Source: Dickeya dadantii NCPPB 898
GTDB taxonomy: Bacteria; Pseudomonadota; Gammaproteobacteria; Enterobacterales; Enterobacteriaceae
DNA: 32,000 nt
Direction of reading: 5' to 3'
Assembly (NCBI RefSeq): GCF_000406145.1
Contig: NZ_CM001976.1
Span: 2,711,337 to 2,743,336 of the forward strand
Positions within the stretch are counted from its first letter, which is position 1; the number at the start of each line of letters is the position of its first letter. Positions 6,910 through 15,088 of the stretch are shown here, piece by piece. Position numbers and translations under genes: made by a program. The notes beneath the pieces are model-generated. The model was given only the letters and a program-made list of their open reading frames with translations. It had not been told where the DNA came from and did not search any database.

Positions 6910-7404
6910 ATGATGCTTGCGCTTGGTTTATTTGTCTTTCAATTGCAAACGCTGCCCTACAGTACGCTCAGTCGGAATGTCAATTACCGCTGGGCCAACA
7001 ACGGCCGTATTGGTCTTCGCCCGGCACAACAGTTTTTGGGTCAGGGAAATGAATCCATCAGCCTTAATGGCGTGCTGTGTCCGGAAGTCAACGGTAAGTT
7101 CAGTAAACTCTCGCTGTCGGCGCTGGAGCTCATGGCGGGAATGGGGCGTGCCTGGCCGCTGATCGAAGGCAGCGGCACTATCTACGGCATGTACGTTATT
7201 GAAAGTTTGCAACATACCAACACCGAATTCTTTTCCGACGGCAGCGCCAAACGCATTGAGTTCTCGGTGAACCTGACGCGCGTTGACGAATCGCTGATTG
7301 CAATGTTCGGCGACCTCAGCCAGCAGGCGTCCGATCTGTATAACCAGCAGATCGCGCCGGCCATCTCATCCGCCAGAACCGCCATCGGGGGAGTATTCTC
7401 GTGA
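6910..7404 (+). CDS. U: Tail protein U (P2 gpU)
   Basis: MMLALGLFVFQLQTLPYSTLSRNVNYRWANNGRIG...GRAWPLIEGSGTIYGMYVIESL matches P2 gpU (MMLALGMFVF...). SD GAGGA lies at 6897-6901. Confidence 0.93.
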   Translation: MMLALGLFVFQLQTLPYSTLSRNVNYRWANNGRIGLRPAQQFLGQGNESISLNGVLCPEVNGKFSKLSLSALELMAGMGRAWPLIEGSGTIYGMYVIESLQHTNTEFFSDGSAKRIEFSVNLTRVDESLIAMFGDLSQQASDLYNQQIAPAISSARTAIGGVFS

Positions 7405-8579
7405 TAGTGAATAACCGCATCGGCATTGCCGATCAACTCGCCCCGGATTATCAGGTAACGCTGTCGGAGGCGTCAGGCGACGCCAAAACGACCCGCAATC
7501 TCAGCCAGCGGCTTATTTCACTGTCGCTACACGATGTGATGGGCTTCGAATCCGACCAGCTATCGCTGGATATCGATGACAGCGACGGCAAGGTGCTGAT
7601 GCCCAGGCGCGGTGAAAAAATTAGCGTCAGGATCGGCTGGAAAGGCAAGGCGCTGGTCGACAAAGGCACCTTTATCGTCGATCAGGTCAGCCATTCCGGC
7701 GCGCCGGACAGGATAACCCTCAGCGCACGTAGCGTGAACTTTCGCGGCGATTTAAACACGCCGCGTGATGGCTCATACGATGCCACCACGCTGGGCGACA
7801 TCGCCCGGACGATTGCGGAACGCTACAGCCTGCTGGCGTCGATCGAGAACTCGCTGGCCAACACCGCGATTGTTCATGAAAACCAGTCTAAAGAATCCGA
7901 CTTGTCGTTTCTTTGCCGCCTGGCCAGACGATACAGCGGTACGGTGGCGATCAAAAGCGATACGCTGCGGCTTTTCGTCGCCGGTACCGGCACCGCCGCG
8001 GACGGCAAAAACGTCTCGACCTACCTGATCGAGCGCAGCGACGGCGACTCGCACAGTTTTACCATTGCCGACCGCATCGCCAATACGTCCGTCACCGCCA
8101 ACTGGCATGACAGCAGCGATGCAAAAACACATACTGTGAAGATCAGCCGCAAACGTCAGAGCCAACCGAATACCGTAGCAACGCACCCCAACGCCAAATC
8201 GCCCGCCCAGTCATCCGCACCGCCGACGGACAACTATCTGGCTGGGGAAGAAGAAAGCCAGCAAACGCTACAAACCACCTATTCCACCCGGGACGACGCG
8301 ACCCAGGCGGCGTTGAGCAAATGGCGTGAAACCCAGCGCGGCACGGTGACGTTCTCACTCACGCTGGCAAAAGGCATGGAAAACCTGAAGCCCGGCGCGC
8401 TGGTGCGGCTTAAAGGCTTCAAGCAGGTAATGGATGAACGCCAGTGGACCATCAAGCGGCTGACCCACACCATTGCGGGCAGCGGTTTTATCACCGCTAT
8501 CGAACTGGAAGTGTCGATGTTGGATGTCGACTACGACACCAGCTACAGCGTTATCGACAGCGCAACCGCCACACAATAA
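7401..8579 (+). CDS. D: Late control / tail protein D (P2 gpD)
   Basis: PDYQVTLS...RLISLSLHDVMGFESDQLSLDIDDSDGKV...WTIKRLTHTIAGSGFITAIELEV is collinear with P2 gpD. The GTG start overlaps the U stop and is preceded by GGGGGAG. Confidence 0.92.
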   Translation: MIVNNRIGIADQLAPDYQVTLSEASGDAKTTRNLSQRLISLSLHDVMGFESDQLSLDIDDSDGKVLMPRRGEKISVRIGWKGKALVDKGTFIVDQVSHSGAPDRITLSARSVNFRGDLNTPRDGSYDATTLGDIARTIAERYSLLASIENSLANTAIVHENQSKESDLSFLCRLARRYSGTVAIKSDTLRLFVAGTGTAADGKNVSTYLIERSDGDSHSFTIADRIANTSVTANWHDSSDAKTHTVKISRKRQSQPNTVATHPNAKSPAQSSAPPTDNYLAGEEESQQTLQTTYSTRDDATQAALSKWRETQRGTVTFSLTLAKGMENLKPGALVRLKGFKQVMDERQWTIKRLTHTIAGSGFITAIELEVSMLDVDYDTSYSVIDSATATQ

Positions 8580-8600
8580 ATCATTTTTCGAACTATTAAT

Positions 8601-8629
8601 TTGCAAATTCGAATTTATTGCAGTACCAT
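8601..8629 (+). promoter_or_regulatory. Candidate sigma-70 promoter for ogr
   Basis: TTGCAA (8601-8606), a 17-nt spacer, then TACCAT (8624-8629), about 47 nt upstream of ATG 8676. Confidence 0.45.
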
Positions 8630-8675
8630 ATGTGTAAGATGTTTCACTAACCCGTACACATAAGGTGATTTCAAC

Positions 8676-8867
8676 ATGATGCATTGTCCTCTGTGCCGTC
8701 ATTCCGCTCATGCCCGTTCCAGCCGCTACCTGTCTGAAAACACCAAGGAGCGTTACCACCAGTGCACCAACGTGAACTGCGGTCACACCTTCGTCACCAT
8801 GGAAGCCATCACCCGCTCCATCATGGTGCCGGGCAAAACCGAGCCGGTTGACGGCGAACGCAAGTAA
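8676..8867 (+). CDS. ogr: Zinc-finger late-gene activator Ogr
   Basis: MMHCPLCRHSAHARSSRYLSENTKERYHQCTNVNCGHTF matches P2 Ogr (MFHCPLCQHAAHARTSRYITDTTKERYHQCQNVNCSATF) with the Cys4 pattern intact. Confidence 0.95.
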   Translation: MMHCPLCRHSAHARSSRYLSENTKERYHQCTNVNCGHTFVTMEAITRSIMVPGKTEPVDGERK

Positions 8868-8917
8868 TTCGCTACTCCTCTCTCCCTCCGTGTTTCCTTA
8901 CTTTTCTGACCGTCTTT

Positions 8918-8942
8918 CCCCGCCGCCCGGCGGGGTTTTTTA
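8918..8942 (+). terminator. Rho-independent terminator after ogr (right end of the prophage remnant)
   Basis: CCCCGCCG..CGGCGGGG is a GC stem followed by TTTTTTAT. Confidence 0.8.
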
Positions 8943-9264
8943 TGCCCCGCCAGCAATACACAATACGTGTTCTCACCGTTCTCGTGAACCGTGCATCGGG
9001 AAAACGTATTATTGACGCTGACCGCCGTCGGCTTTTAGTATCGAACAGCTTTTGCTGATTTTCAGTCACTTGCCGCGACGACACCCGCCTGACGATCTGA
9101 CGAGTTGTTAACGCCGCAAGGGATGAATCCTGCCGTGACGATGGTGCCCTTCCCCCCTTCACCATCAAAAATCAGACGTTGATACCGCTTTGATTAACAC
9201 GGGTTCAGGAAACGAGTAATGGGCAATACCCCTGTTTTCCTGTTCCTCCGCAGGGAGAACACCG

Positions 9265-10581
9265 ATGATGGAAACCATCCGCGCTTACCGCGCCAGTCTG
9301 TTGCACTTTGTCGCCGACCCGTTGCATGACCCACAGGCCACTCGCTTTATTGAGGACGGCCTGCTGCGGGTGCGCGATGGACGCATTCAGGATGCCGTGC
9401 CGTATGACAGCCTCTCCGAGGCCGAACGCCGTGCCATGAAGGTGATCGACTATCGTGGCCGGTTGCTGATGCCGGGATTTATCGACACCCACACCCATTT
9501 TCCGCAGACGGAAATGATTGCCAGTTACGGCGAGCAGTTGCTGTCCTGGCTGAATACCTACACCTTTCCCACCGAGCGCAAGTTCGCCGACGAGGAGTAC
9601 GCCCGTGAACGGGCCGCGTTTTTCATTCAGGAACTGCTGCGTCACGGCACCACCAGCGCGCTGGTGTTCGCCACCGTGCACCCGCAGTCGGTCGACGCAC
9701 TGTTCAGCGCCGCCGAAGCCAAAAATATGTGCCTCATCGCCGGCAAGGTGATGATGGACCGCCACGCGCCGGACTATCTGTGCGACACCGCGCAGCAAAG
9801 CTATGACGAGAGCAAAGCGCTGATTGAAAAATGGCACCGGCGCGGACGGCTGCGCTATGCGGTCACGCCGCGTTTTGTACCCACCTCCACCCCCGAGCAG
9901 TTGGCGCTGGCGGGACGACTGTTGCGGGAATATCCGGATGTGTATCTGCATACCCATCTCTGCGAAAACCCGGACGAAATCGCCTGGGTCAAATCGCTGT
10001 TTCCTGAACATCAGCATTACCTTGATGTTTACCATCACTACGGCCTGACCGGACGCCGTTCGGTGTTTGCCCATGCCATCCACCTGCAGCCCGGCGAAGT
10101 CCGCACACTGGCGCAAAGCCAGTCCGCCGTGGCGTTTTGCCCCTGCTCCAACCTGTTTCTGGGCAGCGGCCTGTTCCGGCTGCATCCGCTAAAAGCGGCG
10201 GGAATTCGCATCGGAATGGGCACCGACATCGGCGCCGGCACCAGCCTGTCGCTGCTGCAAACCCTCAGCGACGGCTACAAAGTGCAACAGTTGCAGGGGG
10301 AAAAACTCTCGGCGCGCGAAGGGCTGTATCAGGCCACGCTGGGCAGCGCCGCCGCGCTATCGCTGGATGACCGGCTGGGTAATTTTCTGCCGGGCAAAGA
10401 AGCCGATTTCGTGGTGCTGGACTGGGCCGCCACCCCGCTGCAACAATTGCGCCAGCAACAATCCACCTCGCTGGACCAACGGCTGTTCGCCCTGATGATG
10501 CAAAGCGACGATAGAAACATTATCGCTACTTATGTTCATGGCGAATGCGTTTATACCCGTCAAACGCCAGAATGCCGATGA
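9265..10581 (+). CDS. guaD: Guanine deaminase
   Basis: RFIEDGLL...PGFIDTHTHFPQTEMIASYGEQLLSWLNTYTFPTE...HTHLCENPDEIAWVKSLFPE...GMGTDIGAGTS is collinear with E. coli GuaD. Confidence 0.95.
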   Translation: MMETIRAYRASLLHFVADPLHDPQATRFIEDGLLRVRDGRIQDAVPYDSLSEAERRAMKVIDYRGRLLMPGFIDTHTHFPQTEMIASYGEQLLSWLNTYTFPTERKFADEEYARERAAFFIQELLRHGTTSALVFATVHPQSVDALFSAAEAKNMCLIAGKVMMDRHAPDYLCDTAQQSYDESKALIEKWHRRGRLRYAVTPRFVPTSTPEQLALAGRLLREYPDVYLHTHLCENPDEIAWVKSLFPEHQHYLDVYHHYGLTGRRSVFAHAIHLQPGEVRTLAQSQSAVAFCPCSNLFLGSGLFRLHPLKAAGIRIGMGTDIGAGTSLSLLQTLSDGYKVQQLQGEKLSAREGLYQATLGSAAALSLDDRLGNFLPGKEADFVVLDWAATPLQQLRQQQSTSLDQRLFALMMQSDDRNIIATYVHGECVYTRQTPECR

Positions 10582-10893
10582 GAGGATTTCCTCGCCCCAC
10601 AACCGCGGTAAGGCTATATCGCCGCGCATGGCCGCTGACGAGCCCGCTACGGGACGCACGCCGTTGCATTCAGGTCAGCCCTGGCGAGGATAAAACGCCC
10701 CGGATTTTCATCAGAAAGTGATCCATAGCACATTTCACCCAAAAAAATCGCGCCGTGCTATGTCGCTTACCGATAACTGTTCTTGAATAATATCGGACAA
10801 GCGCTCAGGCCAACGGCGGGATGGCGACATCAGCTGAGCTCTGCCCCTTGCAGAGCTTGCGGCAATCATCACCAGGTACCATAAGGTTTCGTC

Positions 10894-12708
10894 ATGACTT
10901 CCCCATGCCATCGTTGTAGCGAAGAACAGCAAGACATCCTCGCGCGCATGCTGAATATCTTTGACACGCAGCCCGCCGAAGAGCTCCCTCGTCTGACGCG
11001 CATCACCCGCACCTTTTTTCAGGTAAAGAGCGTGGTGATCTCACTGGTGAACAATGAACGACAATGGTTTTTGTCTAAAGCTAACTTTCCCTTTCAGGAA
11101 CCGGCCATCGAGTTTTCCTTCTGCGTGCATACGGTCAGCGTCAACGCGCCGCTGGTCATCCCTGATACCCTGCAGGACCCGCGTTTCGCGACAAATCCGC
11201 TGGTCACCGGCGATGAGCCGATTCGTTTTCACGCCGGCTACCCGTTGCGTTCCTCGCTCGGCACGCCGCTCGGCGCGCTGTGTCTGTATCACGATCAGCC
11301 GCGCGCCTTCAGCGATGAGGACATGCAGCAACTCAGCGATCTGGCGTTTATCGTACAAACCGTACTGCATAAAGTAGAGATGCAGGCACGCGAAGCCATC
11401 GCCCAGGAAAGGCTGTATCACTCGGATTACATCAGTCAGCAGATTTTCTCCCGCGCCGCCATCGGCCTGGCGCTGATAGCCCCGGACAAACGGCCGCTAA
11501 AATTCAACCACGCGTTCTGCGACATGCTCGGCTACGACGAGGAAACGCTGCTGACGCTGCCGGTGGACAAAGTGGTGCATCCGGAAGATATGCCCCAGCT
11601 CATCAGCGATCACAACCTGCTGATGGACAATAATCTGCTGGAGAGCACCCAGCAACGCCGCTATATCCGCGCCGACGGCAGCGAATTATGGGCGCAGGTC
11701 TCCATTTCGGTGCTCTACAATCCGGATGGCGCCAAATTCGGCCTGTTGCTGGCGTTGACCGACCTCAGCGATCAGAAAGCGTCCGAGCAGGCATTGCGCG
11801 ACCTGAGCCAGGAACTGGAACACCGGGTGGAACAACGCACCGCCGAACTGCGCCAGAGTCACCAGTTTATTCAGGACATCACCGACCATATTCCAGCGAT
11901 GATCTCCTGCATCAATCCGAACAACGTGCTGGTTTTCGCCAATCGCCACCTGCGAAAATTAATAGGCTTCGAGCATGACAGCTTATACCAGCGCGATATT
12001 CACGAAATTTTACGCCCGCAGGAGCTGGCGCTGTTTCTGCCGCGGCTGGAAGAATCACGCCAGAAACGGCACCCCGCATCGTTTGAACACGTGCTGGATA
12101 TGCCCGACGGTCAGCTCACCACCTTTCATACCGAACTGGTGCCCGCCGACTCGCCGGAACTGGGCACCTATATTCTCTCCACCGATATCACCCACCTCAC
12201 GGTATTGCGCGACCAGTTAACGTTCGAGGCCAATCACGATCATCTGACCGGCCTGCCTAACCGACGGGCGGTCATCAGCTACCTGAATCGGCTGGCAGGG
12301 AAAAAGCGGCGCGGCGCGCTGGCGCTACTGTTTTTTGATATCAACAACTTCAAGCACTATAACGACCAGTTCGGGCACGATTTTGGCGATCGGGTCATCA
12401 AAACCTTCGCCCGTTTGCTGCGCCAGAATACCCGCTCCTACGACTTTATCGGCCGTCTGGCAGGCGACGAATTCCTGATGGTGATTCATGAGCAGCGCAA
12501 TCTGGCTAATGAAATCCGCGCTATTACCCAAAAATTGAAAGCGAAGTTCGAAAAACCGATCACCATTCGCCAGCAGACCATCACGCTATCCGCCAGCGTG
12601 GGACGCGCGATTCTGCCTCAGGGCGCGCCGCTTAACGCCAACGAGTTGATCCGCCAGGCGGACACCGCCATGTATCAGGCCAAACGTCGCCATACCTCCC
12701 CATCCTGA
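10894..12708 (+). CDS. GAF-PAS-PAS-GGDEF diguanylate cyclase with an AGDEF active-site variant
   Basis: The N-terminal region is GAF-like, followed by two PAS-like segments. The C-terminus reads DHLTGLPNRRA...FFDINNFKHYNDQFGHDFGDRVIK...RSYDFIGRLAGDEFLMV...ADTAMYQAKR. Confidence 0.9.
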   Translation: MTSPCHRCSEEQQDILARMLNIFDTQPAEELPRLTRITRTFFQVKSVVISLVNNERQWFLSKANFPFQEPAIEFSFCVHTVSVNAPLVIPDTLQDPRFATNPLVTGDEPIRFHAGYPLRSSLGTPLGALCLYHDQPRAFSDEDMQQLSDLAFIVQTVLHKVEMQAREAIAQERLYHSDYISQQIFSRAAIGLALIAPDKRPLKFNHAFCDMLGYDEETLLTLPVDKVVHPEDMPQLISDHNLLMDNNLLESTQQRRYIRADGSELWAQVSISVLYNPDGAKFGLLLALTDLSDQKASEQALRDLSQELEHRVEQRTAELRQSHQFIQDITDHIPAMISCINPNNVLVFANRHLRKLIGFEHDSLYQRDIHEILRPQELALFLPRLEESRQKRHPASFEHVLDMPDGQLTTFHTELVPADSPELGTYILSTDITHLTVLRDQLTFEANHDHLTGLPNRRAVISYLNRLAGKKRRGALALLFFDINNFKHYNDQFGHDFGDRVIKTFARLLRQNTRSYDFIGRLAGDEFLMVIHEQRNLANEIRAITQKLKAKFEKPITIRQQTITLSASVGRAILPQGAPLNANELIRQADTAMYQAKRRHTSPS

Positions 12709-12889
12709 GCCGACCGGAGCATTATTTTTACGTTGCCATAAACAGCAACCCGATTTGCCGGAATGAGAATAACGAAAAACTATAAAAATAATCTCTGCCG
12801 GTGAATCATTCGGTTTATTTCCACCAAAAAGTTAATCCGCCTGACGATTATCCTATAAGTATTTCCTGTGATGAAAATCACGTTTTTCT

Positions 12890-12917
12890 TAAAGTTCCCG
12901 CTTTTTATTGCCGATGG
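12890..12917 (+). promoter_or_regulatory. Candidate FliA (sigma-28) class-III promoter for the MCP gene
   Basis: TAAAGTTC, a 12-nt spacer, then GCCGATGG, compared with the consensus TAAAGTTT-N11-GCCGATAA (the spacer is one nt longer). It lies 42 nt upstream of ATG 12959. Confidence 0.55.
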
Positions 12918-12958
12918 CTTTTTTACCGACGTCATTATTCATTTATCGAGGGCAAGCC

Positions 12959-14644
12959 ATGTTCAAAAATATAAAAATTGTCACCGGGCTATTTTCATTA
13001 CTGCTGGCCTTAAGCGTGCTACAACTGGTCAGTTATGGTTTTTTCTTCGACGTCATGAAAAGTGACAGAAATAACTTTGTGGTCGCGCAAACGCTACGCA
13101 AGCAAAGCGGGGAACTGAACGCGTCCTGGATTGCGCTGATCCAGACGCGCAATACCATGAACCGCGCCATCGCTCGGATGATCATGGAAACCAATAATAT
13201 TCCCAGCGCCGGAAAATCCGCCGATCTGATTGACGTCGCCAACCAGTCGCTGACGGAAGCGGATAAACATTTCGCCGCGTACAGCCAGATTCCGCCCCTG
13301 CCGGTACAGGACGCCGCGCTGGCAAAAAATATTAACGACAATTACCAGGCATTACGCAGCGTGCTGCAACGCATCGTCGAGCTGATAAAAACGCAGGATG
13401 TCAAAACGATTCAGGCCCTGCCGACCCAGAAAATGCAGGACGCATTCCAGCAATCCTTCGACGCCTATTTCCGTCAGACTGATGCGCTGAATGACAGCGC
13501 GGTCAGCGACAGCGGTCAGAATTACCATTACAGTATTATCGTGATCGCCGTGTGCGTATTGATCCTGTTTTTCGCCACCACCAGCGCCTGGGTATATATT
13601 CGTCGGGTTCTGTTGCAACCGTTAAATCGTGTCATTACCCATTTGCACCATATTTCCACCGGCGACCTGACGCAATCCCTGCATATTCAGGCGAAAAACG
13701 AAATCGGCCAGCTGGCGGACAGCGTTCGCCACATGCAGCACTCGCTGACCGATACCGTGGATAAAGTGCGGGTAAGCGCGCATGAAATTTATCGCAGCGC
13801 CAGCGAAATCGCCGGTGGCAACAGCGACCTCTCCTCCCGCACCGAGCAACAGTCAGCCTCACTGGTGCAAACCGCCGCCAGCATGGAACAGCTGACCGCC
13901 ACCGTAAAACAGAACGCCGACAACGCCCGTCACGCCTCCCAACTGGCACGCGACGCGTCGGATACTGCCCACAAGGGGTTGCAGGTGGTCGATAACGTGG
14001 TCAGCACTATGGGGCAAATCAGCGGCAGTTCGCAGAAAATCAGCGACATTACCGGGCTTATCGACAGCATCGCCTTCCAGACCAATATCCTGGCGCTGAA
14101 CGCGGCGGTGGAAGCGGCGCGCGCCGGCGAACAGGGCCGCGGCTTTGCGGTGGTGGCCGGCGAGGTTCGCAATCTGGCCCAGCGCAGCGCCGACGCCGCC
14201 CGCGAAATCAAGGAATTGATCGAGGACTCGGTCAGCCGGGTGCACGAAGGGTCGGTCCTGGTCGGGTCCGCCGGGGAAACCATGGGCGATTTGGTGAAAG
14301 CCGTTACGCGCGTCACCGACATCATGGGAGAAATTTCCTCCGCGTCGGAAGAACAGAGCCGTGGCATCGATCAGGTCAGTCAGGCCGTCAGCGAGATGGA
14401 TCGGGTGACGCAGCAGAACGCGGTGCTGGTGGAGCAATCCGCCAACGCGGCGACGTCGCTGGAAGAACAGAGCGATCACTTAAACCGCGCGGTGTCGCTG
14501 TTCCGGCTGGACACCGCCGCCTCGCCTTCAACCAGCAGAGCCACACCGGCCGCCATCACGCCGGCAACACCGCCGTTGCTCGCCAGCCGCAGCGTGGCGA
14601 CCGCCGGCGCCTACAACGCCGCCAGCCATTGGGAAACGTTCTGA
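12959..14644 (+). CDS. Methyl-accepting chemotaxis protein (Tar/Tsr-type, periplasmic four-helix-bundle sensor)
   Basis: It has TM1 (IVTGLFSLLLALSVLQLV), TM2, HAMP and the conserved signalling hairpin [41 protein letters not shown]. The C-terminal pentapeptide HWETF resembles the NWETF CheR/CheB tether. SD GAGGG precedes ATG 12959. Confidence 0.93.
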   Translation: MFKNIKIVTGLFSLLLALSVLQLVSYGFFFDVMKSDRNNFVVAQTLRKQSGELNASWIALIQTRNTMNRAIARMIMETNNIPSAGKSADLIDVANQSLTEADKHFAAYSQIPPLPVQDAALAKNINDNYQALRSVLQRIVELIKTQDVKTIQALPTQKMQDAFQQSFDAYFRQTDALNDSAVSDSGQNYHYSIIVIAVCVLILFFATTSAWVYIRRVLLQPLNRVITHLHHISTGDLTQSLHIQAKNEIGQLADSVRHMQHSLTDTVDKVRVSAHEIYRSASEIAGGNSDLSSRTEQQSASLVQTAASMEQLTATVKQNADNARHASQLARDASDTAHKGLQVVDNVVSTMGQISGSSQKISDITGLIDSIAFQTNILALNAAVEAARAGEQGRGFAVVAGEVRNLAQRSADAAREIKELIEDSVSRVHEGSVLVGSAGETMGDLVKAVTRVTDIMGEISSASEEQSRGIDQVSQAVSEMDRVTQQNAVLVEQSANAATSLEEQSDHLNRAVSLFRLDTAASPSTSRATPAAITPATPPLLASRSVATAGAYNAASHWETF

Positions 14645-14713
14645 CCGCCATCGTTATGCGCCGCGGATGGTGGACCTCGGATGGACCGCTCCCTGTTGAC
14701 GGCTACGGATGTG

Positions 14714-14764
14714 AATAAAAAACGGCCCGCGTCTGCCGGTTATCTTACCGGTGGCACGGGCCGT
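14714..14764 (-). terminator. Rho-independent terminator oriented for minus-strand transcription, downstream of the MCP gene
   Basis: ACGGCCCG...CGGGCCGT is the outer stem and CCGGT-tatctt-ACCGG the inner stem. The run of A on the plus strand (14714-14721) becomes a T-run after the hairpin on the minus strand. Confidence 0.6.
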
Positions 14765-14908
14765 GCTTACGACGATCTCCCGCACCAGTGTAAACCTCAA
14801 CGTGCCGTAGCCCAGATGATCATATCCCCCACGGTTCAGGCCGTCGTTACCGCCGCTGCCTTCAACACGTGCTTTCTCGGCAAAGGTTTTGGTGTAAGAC
14901 GCATCCAG

Positions 14909-14988
14909 TTTTTCAGTACCACGGTCTTTCAGTACCACATTTTTTCAACACTATATTTTTTCAACACCACATTTTTTCAACACCACAT
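14909..14988. repeat. Five exact-phase tandem copies of a 16-bp unit, TTTTTCA(A/G)(C/T)ACCACAT
   Basis: The units are 14909-24 TTTTTCAGTACCACGG, 14925-40 TCTTTCAGTACCACAT, 14941-56 TTTTTCAACACTATAT, 14957-72 TTTTTCAACACCACAT and 14973-88 TTTTTCAACACCACAT. Confidence 0.9.
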
Positions 14989-15048
14989 AGTGGTTATAAG
15001 CCGTTCCCATATAGGGCGCAGCGAGCCACGTCCGGCGCGATATCCTTT

Positions 15049-15088
15049 AATTACTCATGACGACACATAATTATTCATGACGACGCAG
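15049..15088. repeat. Two tandem copies of a 20-bp unit
   Basis: AATTACTCATGACGACACAT (15049-68) and AATTATTCATGACGACGCAG (15069-88). Confidence 0.8.

Larger units (their letters stand above)
807..8942 (+). mobile_element. Truncated P2-family prophage remnant: tail-fibre tips, invertase, chaperone, FI, FII, E/E+E', T, U, D, ogr. The left part of the phage is missing.
   Basis: Gene order and protein sequences match the right end of the P2 map (H-tip, G, FI, FII, E, T, U, D, ogr, then attR side). Host genes smrA and guaD flank it. No V/W/J/I, capsid, lysis or int genes are present. Confidence 0.9.

Noticed and set aside
8872-9168. A 98-aa minus-strand ORF in the ogr-guaD gap.
   Set aside because: It is highly basic and low-complexity, and it reads straight through the ogr terminator hairpin. 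This is probably just the prophage/host junction (attR side). I could not identify an att core because the left end of the prophage is missing.
9206-9264. guaD leader hairpins: CAGGAAA 9206-9212 pairing with TTTCCTG 9236-9242, and CTCC/GGAG around the SD. I considered them as a possible purine riboswitch.
   Set aside because: There is no three-way junction and no conserved purine-riboswitch loop or core sequences. The stems are short and could be chance.
14770-14905. RTX-like (GGxGxD) or KGG stress-protein reading of EGSGGNDGLNRGGYDHLGYG / TFAEKARVEG.
   Set aside because: There are only about two imperfect nonapeptide-like units and a loose FAE..GG resemblance. That is too little to name a family without a database search.
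14909-14988. Possibility that the 16-bp array is a CRISPR array.
   Set aside because: The units are directly abutting with no spacers, at 16 bp they are too short, and no cas genes are nearby.
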